Source: Pseudomonadota bacterium
Lineage (GTDB): Bacteria; Pseudomonadota; Alphaproteobacteria; Kiloniellales; JACOMY01
Direction of reading: 5' to 3'
DNA length: 64,000 nucleotides
NCBI GenBank assembly: GCA_039819325.1
Contig: JBCBSF010000005.1
Span: forward strand, 10,317-74,316
A model generated the notes under the pieces. That model had not been told where the DNA came from. It did not search any database and saw nothing but the letters and a program-made list of their open reading frames with translations. Positions 18,484-24,382 of the stretch are shown here, piece after piece. Numbering within the stretch: position 1 is the stretch's first letter; every line of letters begins with the position of its first letter. A program made the position numbers and the translations under genes.

Positions 18484-19538
18484 GCTGCCACTGGCCCGCG
18501 GCAGCGGTGCAGCAGCAGCAGCAGGGCTGAGAGCAGCAGGATGGCCCCGGCCTGGTGCAGAGCCCCCAGCGACACCGGCACGACGTTGATGAGGGTCACA
18601 ATCCCCAGCAAAAACTGCCCGACCGCAGCCAGCGCCACCAAGGCCAAGGCCTGCTTCTGGCTGCCGTTGACGCCGCGTAGCCAGCCCCAGACGGCCAGCA
18701 GCAGCGCGCCGATGACAACCAGGTGCGCCAGAAAACGGTGGTTGAATTGCACGGCCGTTGGGTTCTCGAACCAATTCATCAGCCAGGGCTGCAGCAGGCC
18801 ATAGCCGCGCGGCACGATCTCGCCGTCCATGTAGGGGTAGCTGTTGTAGACCAGGCCCGCATTGAGCCCGGCCACCAGCCCGCCGGAGACCAGGGTCACG
18901 ACCAAGAGCCCCAGAAGGCCCAGTGTCGCCCAGCGCAAGGCGGTGGTGTTCTGAGCTTCTAGGCTTGGGGGCTCCAGCAGCCTGAGCGCTAAGACCAGTA
19001 GGTAGCCGTAGATCACCAGCGCCAGGCCCAGGTGCATGACCAGGCGGTACTGGCTGACGTCGGTGCGGTCGGTGAAGCCGCTGGCGACCATGTACCAGCC
19101 CATGAAGCCCTGCAGCGCGCCCAAGGCTAGCGCAATCCAAAGGTGTGGTACCAGCCAGCCCGGCAGCTTGCGCCGCCAGAGGAACCAGATGAAGGGGACG
19201 GCGTAGACCAGGCCAATGAGGCGGCCCCAGAGGCGGTGAATCCATTCCCACCAGAAGATGGTCTTGAACTCCTCCAGGGTCATGCCGGCGTTGATCAGCT
19301 GATACTCCGGGATGGTGCGATAGAGGGCGAAGACCCGCTCCCACTCTGCGGTGCTGAGCGGCGGCAGAGTGCCGGTCACCGGCGCCCATTCCATGATGGA
19401 GAGGCCGGACTCGGTCAGCCGCGTGATGGCGCCGATCACCGCCATGGCGAAGATCATCGCCGCCACGCCCAAGAGCCAAAGGCCCAGACTGCGCAGAGAG
19501 GCGAACGGCTTGCTGGAGGAAAGCGTCACTGAAACCAT
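18480..19538 (-). CDS. ctaA: heme A synthase (COX15/CtaA family)
   Basis: 352 aa, polytopic. ITRLTESGLSIMEWAPVTG...IPEYQLIN..MTLEEFKTIFWWEWIHR is the type-2 heme A synthase signature. Confidence 0.85.
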   Translation of the reverse strand: MVSVTLSSSKPFASLRSLGLWLLGVAAMIFAMAVIGAITRLTESGLSIMEWAPVTGTLPPLSTAEWERVFALYRTIPEYQLINAGMTLEEFKTIFWWEWIHRLWGRLIGLVYAVPFIWFLWRRKLPGWLVPHLWIALALGALQGFMGWYMVASGFTDRTDVSQYRLVMHLGLALVIYGYLLVLALRLLEPPSLEAQNTTALRWATLGLLGLLVVTLVSGGLVAGLNAGLVYNSYPYMDGEIVPRGYGLLQPWLMNWFENPTAVQFNHRFLAHLVVIGALLLAVWGWLRGVNGSQKQALALVALAAVGQFLLGIVTLINVVPVSLGALHQAGAILLLSALLLLLHRCRGPVAA

Positions 19539-19568
19539 AGCAGGGAGATGTAGGGAAAAGCGGCGCCC

Positions 19569-20594
19569 TCAGCCAGTCGTCGCAGCTGCGCCAAAGCGCG
19601 CTTCGGCGATACTGACCAGGTCTTGGATCGCCGCCTCCTCCTCAGCCGATGCCGTCCTAGGGCCGAAAAGGTTCACGCTGAGCGGCCGTTGCAGGTCTTC
19701 GGCAAAGACGGCGTCCCAGCTATCGGGCAGGTAGGCCTGAGCCACCTTGGCATTGTCCGCGGCAAACTGGCGGGTCACCTCCGCGCGCAAGGCCTCCGTC
19801 ATGCCGGCGAAAGCCCTGTCATTCCATCCACGCTCGTCAGCGGCTGCTGTCACGAAGCGGCGCAGCGCGTGCAGCTGACGGCGATAGCGGCGCCTGCCGC
19901 CGGCCCTGGCCAGGCGGTAGAAGACTTCCACCGTCAACGGCCCTGGCGTGGGATTTCGCAGCGCTGGGCCGCTCGACAGGGTGGCGGCGTCCAGTCGGTC
20001 GGCCAGACCCGTTGCCTCAAGAAAATCGGCAAGGATGCCGCGGTCCTTGGTCTCTCGGTTGTAGGGCCGCAGCAGGAGCGCGCTGGGGGCCGCCGTTTCC
20101 CAGCGCTGCAAGAGGCGGCCGTAATGAAAGATCGACTCCTTGAGAGCAGAGGGCGCCCAGTCCGCAAAGCGCTGCTTACAGTTCAGCAAGCGCACCCTCT
20201 GCGCATAGAGGGAGTTCAGGAGCTCGTCCTGCGGGCGCAGGTAGAGGAGCACCTGGACCTCCAGCCCCCAGCCCTGCAGCAGCCGCACCAGGCGCCGCGG
20301 TACGCGTGAGAAGCGTCCCAGCGTGCTGAACATCTCCGAGGAGAGGATCAGCACCTCCTCCTCCTCGCTCTCCCGCACCTGCCGCTCAAGCCAGGCCAAG
20401 GTGGGTTGTTCGGGATCGAAGAGCCGGTGCCGGGTCAGCTCGTAGAAGAGGTTGCGCTGGCTGCCGGTGGTCTCTCCGCAGAGGGGATAGAGGAGGCCCG
20501 CCTGCCGCAGCCGGCCTGCATTTTCCATGAAGACCTGTTGCAGGGCCGAACTGCCGGTCTTCAGCCCGCCGATGTGCAGAATGCAGCGGCGCAT
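19569..20594 (-). CDS. hypothetical protein, possible sulfotransferase-fold P-loop protein
   Basis: 341-aa ORF with good coding look. N-terminal ILHIGGLKTGSSALQ resembles the HIGxxKTGS(T) loop seen in some sulfotransferase-like proteins. No other motif recognised. Confidence 0.4.
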   Translation of the reverse strand: MRRCILHIGGLKTGSSALQQVFMENAGRLRQAGLLYPLCGETTGSQRNLFYELTRHRLFDPEQPTLAWLERQVRESEEEEVLILSSEMFSTLGRFSRVPRRLVRLLQGWGLEVQVLLYLRPQDELLNSLYAQRVRLLNCKQRFADWAPSALKESIFHYGRLLQRWETAAPSALLLRPYNRETKDRGILADFLEATGLADRLDAATLSSGPALRNPTPGPLTVEVFYRLARAGGRRRYRRQLHALRRFVTAAADERGWNDRAFAGMTEALRAEVTRQFAADNAKVAQAYLPDSWDAVFAEDLQRPLSVNLFGPRTASAEEEAAIQDLVSIAEARFGAAATTG

Positions 20595-20624
20595 GCGCCG
20601 GCTTGGTTCCCTCCTGGCGCCAGC

Positions 20625-21032
20625 CTAGCTCATCGGCAGATGGCGGGCGCGGGCGGCCCGTTCGATGGCGGCTGATATCAGGCGGCCCAAGCGCAGGTGG
20701 TTGCGCAGCAGCTCCAGCATGCGGGCCTCGGTCTCGGCCACCACGCCGTTGGCCGCGGCGACATCGCAGGCGATGACATAGGCAGTCTCGCGCAGGCGCT
20801 CCGGCAGGGCCTCGACAATGCCGGTCAAGGCCATCTGCAGGCCCTCTTCCTCCTGCAGCACCGTCCCGCAGCGCCGGGCGTCATCGGGCAAGTGGTCGAT
20901 GTCATAGTCGCGGAAGACCGGCAGCTGGCGAACCAGATTGCCCATGGTCTGCAGCTCGGAATCCTCGATCAGGCGGTCGCTGCCGGCGACCAGGACCATG
21001 CAGGCGATGAGGGCGGAATGGGGGGTGAACAT
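20625..21032 (-). CDS. TerB-like (tellurite-resistance TerB family) small protein
   Basis: 135 aa from the ATG at 21032. The helical pattern with acidic motifs (GSDRLIEDSELQTM ... VAAANGVVAETEARMLELL) is typical of TerB/DjlA-N folds. Confidence 0.55.
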   Translation of the reverse strand: MFTPHSALIACMVLVAGSDRLIEDSELQTMGNLVRQLPVFRDYDIDHLPDDARRCGTVLQEEEGLQMALTGIVEALPERLRETAYVIACDVAAANGVVAETEARMLELLRNHLRLGRLISAAIERAARARHLPMS

Positions 21033-21201
21033 GGGCTCAGGAAACTCCTCGGCGCCCGGGCTGGGCCGGGCCTGGCGGGTCGGTAAGAACTGACCCAAGC
21101 CACTAGAACAAAGGCAGAGCAGCTGGCAACACCCCAGGTCCGCTTTTGTGACCACAAGGCACTCTGTACCATTCAGGATGGTTGGTCAGCGAAGAATACA
21201 T

Positions 21202-21212
21202 GCAATGATTGC
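21202..21212. promoter_or_regulatory. candidate ParD operator palindrome
   Basis: Perfect palindrome GCAAT-G-ATTGC about 63 bp upstream of the parD ATG, in an AT-richer stretch. Confidence 0.25.
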
Positions 21213-21274
21213 TTTTTCGCCTGCTGAATGTCTCTTCACTAGCAAAGCGGCACTCTAGGGCGTATGTTTTCGTC

Positions 21275-21520
21275 ATGACGATGAAACTGACACCCGACCA
21301 AGAGGCCGTCGTGAAGCAGGTCGTCGACGCTGGCTTGGCCGAGTCCGCGGAGGCCTTCGTGTCCGAGGCCTTGCGCGATCAGCAGGATGAGTTGGCGCAG
21401 AACGCCGCCGTGAAGCAGTGGCTCCGAGACGTTGTCGTGCCGGCGCATGAGGAGTTCATGAAGGACCCGTCGCAGGGCCGAACCCTTGCGCAAATGCGGG
21501 CTGAACTCCTCGATGACTAG
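21275..21520 (+). CDS. parD: ParD-family type II antitoxin
   Basis: 81 aa, with a helical acidic C-terminal half. Sits immediately upstream of and abutting a ParE-like gene (TAG then GTG). Confidence 0.7.
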   Translation: MTMKLTPDQEAVVKQVVDAGLAESAEAFVSEALRDQQDELAQNAAVKQWLRDVVVPAHEEFMKDPSQGRTLAQMRAELLDD

Positions 21521-21820
21521 GTGAGGATTGTCTTTTCGGCGCGGGCTCAGCGGGATCTACATCAGCTAAAAGCCTGCATCGCGCGGGAATCCTACGCCTC
21601 CCGCGCAAAGTCCTACTTCGACCGTCTTCTTAACACCTGCGAGAGCTTATCGACCTTTCCACGACGCGGAATGGCCCACGACGACGTCCTGCCAGGCCTG
21701 CGCACCATCGTTTTCGAAGGCCGAACCATCATCGCCTATTCGGTATCAGGCGACACCATCAGAATTCAAGCCGTGTTCCATGGCGGCCAGAACTGGAAGG
21801 AGCGCCTCCAAGAGGGTTAG
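21521..21820 (+). CDS. parE: ParE/RelE-family type II toxin
   Basis: 99 aa. MRIVFSARAQRDLHQL...IAYSVSGDTIRIQAVFHGGQNW matches the ParE pattern (F...A..DL ... I..I.HG.). Confidence 0.8.
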   Translation: MRIVFSARAQRDLHQLKACIARESYASRAKSYFDRLLNTCESLSTFPRRGMAHDDVLPGLRTIVFEGRTIIAYSVSGDTIRIQAVFHGGQNWKERLQEG

Positions 21821-21910
21821 CCCGTCTAGCCCCCGTGTGAGGCCATGCGTCTCACTGTGGTGGCCGGTGCTGGACCCTGACGTGAGAGCAGCGGCAGTCT
21901 CGGCGCCGTC

Positions 21911-22849
21911 ATGCTCGCCATCGTCAATGTCATCCTGCCAGTCTTCGCCATCATGGCCGCCGGCTATGCCTGCGGCCGCCTCGGCATTTTGGGCGAGGGC
22001 TCCAGCCAGGCGCTGAACGCCTTCGTCTTCTACGTCGCCCTGCCGGCGCTCTTCTTCATCGCCATGGCGCAGGTGCCGGTGTCGGAGGCGCTGAACCTGC
22101 CCTTCATCGCCGCCTACATGGGTGGCATCCTAGCCGTCTTCGCGCTGGCCATGGTGATTGCCACCTTCCTGTTCCCCAACCGGCCCAGCGCGCTCGCCCT
22201 CCACGGGCTGTCAGCCGTCTTCTCCAACACCGGCTACATGGGCATTCCGCTTTTGCTGGTGGCCTACGGCGATCCAGCGCGCATGCCCGGCATCATCTCC
22301 ACCGTTATCAACGGCGCTGTCCTGGTGGGCCTCATCACCATCATCATGGAGATCGACCACGCCGCCGGTCAGAGGCCGCTCGCCATCGTCGGCAAGGTCT
22401 TGAGTGGCGTCTTCAAGTCGCCGCTCATCATCAGTGCCATCGCCGGCCTGACGGCCTCAGCCCTGCAGGTTCCGATCCCCACCGCGGTCGAGACCTTCTG
22501 CAATCTGCTGGGCGTCACCGCCGGCCCCTGCGCCCTCTTCGCCATCGGTCTCTTCATGGTCGGCAAGTCAGTCACGACAGGTTTGCCGGAGGTCCTCTGG
22601 GTCACCATCCTGAAGCTTATCGCCCAGCCGCTGGTGACTTATTGGCTGGCCTACTACCTGCTGCCACTCTCGCCGGTCGAAGCTGCCTCCGCCGTCGTCC
22701 TGGCTGCGCTGCCGACAGGCGCCCTCACCTTCGTGCTGGCGCAACGCTACGAGGTCTATCTGCAGCGTTCCGTCGCCGTGATCCTGATCTCGACAGTGGC
22801 CTCGATCTTCAGCCTCTCGGCGCTCTTCATCTACTTGGAGATTGGCTAG
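21911..22849 (+). CDS. AEC-family (auxin efflux carrier) transporter
   Basis: 312 aa and about 10 TM. N-terminal ILPVFAIMAAGY and C-terminal ALPTG motifs typical of the AEC family. Confidence 0.85.
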   Translation: MLAIVNVILPVFAIMAAGYACGRLGILGEGSSQALNAFVFYVALPALFFIAMAQVPVSEALNLPFIAAYMGGILAVFALAMVIATFLFPNRPSALALHGLSAVFSNTGYMGIPLLLVAYGDPARMPGIISTVINGAVLVGLITIIMEIDHAAGQRPLAIVGKVLSGVFKSPLIISAIAGLTASALQVPIPTAVETFCNLLGVTAGPCALFAIGLFMVGKSVTTGLPEVLWVTILKLIAQPLVTYWLAYYLLPLSPVEAASAVVLAALPTGALTFVLAQRYEVYLQRSVAVILISTVASIFSLSALFIYLEIG

Positions 22850-22882
22850 TCACTTGCGGCGATGAGCAAGCTCATCGCACCC

Positions 22883-22914
22883 GGCACCGGCCCGCACCCC
22901 CGCCCGGCCACCCA
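22883..22914. repeat. left arm of REP-like palindrome interrupted by the IS
   Basis: GGCACCGGCCCGCACCCCCGCCCGGCCACCCA. It is the inverted partner of 24339-24370 and near-identical to 63704-63735. Confidence 0.85.
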
Positions 22915-23205
22915 TATGTGGACGGCCCCTTGCTTGCAAGAGGATAGAGGCGAGGTGCGTTGGGTCGCTTGCATCCATATGTCCGGCCTATTGTTGCGGT
23001 CTCGATCGACCGCTGGCCAAGATGGTTTCCGCGACGGGAGTGCCTAACACGAAAGCGGCGTCTAGCGCCGTTGGGTGGCCCGGCGTGTCTCTCGTCCCGG
23101 ATCGACCGATCCCACCATCTCCTCTTCTCCGGCAAGCAGCGGCATCGACCGGGCAGAGGCACAGCAGTCGCCCCGGCCCGGTCGATCTTGCCTGGTCGAT
23201 CTCGT
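22915..23205 (-). ncRNA. candidate bridge (seek) guide RNA in the 3-prime non-coding end of the IS
   Basis: A 291-nt non-coding stretch downstream of the transposase. It contains CGTTGGGTGGCC (23069-23080), a 12/12 match to the reconstructed empty target across the junction. It also contains CTCTCGT (23089-23095, 7/7 to the other flank), CGTTGGGT (22958-22965) and CCATATGT (22975-22982, equal to the junction sequence at 22912-22919). Strand and exact ends were not determined. Confidence 0.45.
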
Positions 23206-24246
23206 TCAGGCGGCCCTGGACGCCGCCGTGGACAGGCGGGCGAGATCGAAGGGTTCGCCGGTGACCATTAGTTTCCACGCGATGCGGGCTATCTTGTTGG
23301 CCAGCGCCACGGCGGCAAGCTTACGTGGCTTGCGCTGCAGCAGGCCTGCCAGCCAAGGCGACACAGGGCCCCGGCCGTGCAAGGCCTGGCGGATCACAGC
23401 CATCGCCCCGACCACCAGCACGCTGCGCAGCGCCGGGTCACCAGCCCGGGTGATCACCCCGAGCCGTGTCTTGCCCGCGGTTGAGTGATCCTTCGGCGTC
23501 AGGCCGAGCCAGGCCGCGAAGTGGCGACCCGAGCGGAACTGTCCGGCGTCGGGGACCTTCATCGCCAGCAGCGTCGCTCCGATCGGACCCACTCCGGGAA
23601 TGCGCGCCAGCCGACGGCTCTCGGCCTTCTCGCGGTGCCACGCCATCAAGCGGGCATGCACCTCAGCGATCTGCACCTGAAGCCGGGCGTACTCCTCGCC
23701 GTGCAGAGCAAAGAGCGCCCGTGCCTGCTCAGGCAGCCGCTCGTCCGAGGCGAGCCGCGCCAGTAGCGCCTCGATCTTGTCCAGCCCCTTGGCGGCGATG
23801 AAACCGAACTCTGCAGCATGACCGCGGATCGCGTTGCTCAGCTGCGTGCGGTTGCCGATCAGCCGGGCGCGCAGGCTCACCAGCATCAGTGCCGCCTGCT
23901 GCTCTTCCGTCTTGACGCCAACAAAGCGCATCGTCGGCCGGCTCATCGCCTCGCACAGAGCCTCGGCGTCGGCCGCGTCGTTCTTGTTGCGCTTGACGTA
24001 GGGCTTCACGTACTGCGGCGGCATCACCTTCACCTCATGCCCCAGCGCTCTCAGAGAGCGTGCCCAGTAATGCGACGCGCCGCCGGCCTCGATGCCGACC
24101 GTGGTCGGCGCAAGCCCGTCAAAGAACGCCAGCACATCCTTACGACGCAGCTTGCGACGCAACACCACCTGCTCCTGACCATCGACACCGTGAAGCTGAA
24201 AAACGTGCTTGGACGTATCCATACCAATTCGGATAATCTCGCTCAT
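23206..24246 (-). CDS. IS110-family DEDD transposase/recombinase
   Basis: 346 aa. N-terminal IGMDTSK and VGIEAGG...KNDAADAEAL (DEDD RuvC-like domain). C-terminal IPGVGPIGA...GLTPKDHSTAGKTRLGVITRAGDPALR (Transposase_20 domain). Confidence 0.9.
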   Translation of the reverse strand: MSEIIRIGMDTSKHVFQLHGVDGQEQVVLRRKLRRKDVLAFFDGLAPTTVGIEAGGASHYWARSLRALGHEVKVMPPQYVKPYVKRNKNDAADAEALCEAMSRPTMRFVGVKTEEQQAALMLVSLRARLIGNRTQLSNAIRGHAAEFGFIAAKGLDKIEALLARLASDERLPEQARALFALHGEEYARLQVQIAEVHARLMAWHREKAESRRLARIPGVGPIGATLLAMKVPDAGQFRSGRHFAAWLGLTPKDHSTAGKTRLGVITRAGDPALRSVLVVGAMAVIRQALHGRGPVSPWLAGLLQRKPRKLAAVALANKIARIAWKLMVTGEPFDLARLSTAASRAA

Positions 24247-24321
24247 GGACGGCTCCTCTGCTTGAGATCTTAGACGACCTCACTCTGGCACATTGATGCC
24301 GTGGGGGCCGTCCACCCCATC

Positions 24322-24370
24322 ACGAGAGTATCCTGGACTGGGTGGCCGGGCGGGGGAGAGGGCCGGTGCC
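24322..24370. repeat. loop plus right arm of the interrupted REP-like palindrome
   Basis: ACGAGAGTATCCTGGAC (24322-24338) is the reverse complement of the 63.7-kb loop with 1 mismatch. It is followed by the arm TGGGTGGCCGGGCGGGGGAGAGGGCCGGTGCC (24339-24370). Confidence 0.85.
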
Positions 24371-24382
24371 ACAAGGATCACG

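Larger units (their letters stand above)
22915..24321 (-). mobile_element. IS110-family insertion sequence with IS1111-subgroup architecture
   Basis: A 1407-bp insert between the arm and loop of a REP-like palindrome; ends are good to +/- 3 bp. It encodes a DEDD transposase. The 12-bp subterminal inverted repeats are GTGGACGGCCCC (22918-22929) / GGGGCCGTCCAC (24304-24315). The 5-prime non-coding end is short (75 bp) and the 3-prime non-coding end is long (291 bp). Confidence 0.85.

Noticed and set aside
17380-19479. 699-aa ORF offered by the track as a single long protein
   Set aside because: Only the C-terminal 368 aa (from the ATG at 18483) look like a real protein (COG0523 GTPase). The N-terminal 330 aa are Arg/Gly/Pro/Ala-rich low-complexity sequence lying out of frame over the well-supported ctaA gene.
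22883-24370. Alternative reading in which the 32-nt arms are terminal inverted repeats of a 1.49-kb transposon and the 63.7-kb palindrome is its MITE
   Set aside because: DEDD/IS110-family recombinases do not use long terminal inverted repeats. The element has its own 12-bp subterminal repeats inside the arms and carries an internal 12-mer matching the joined (uninterrupted) arm-loop sequence. This fits targeted insertion into a pre-existing palindrome. The alternative is not fully excluded without more copies.
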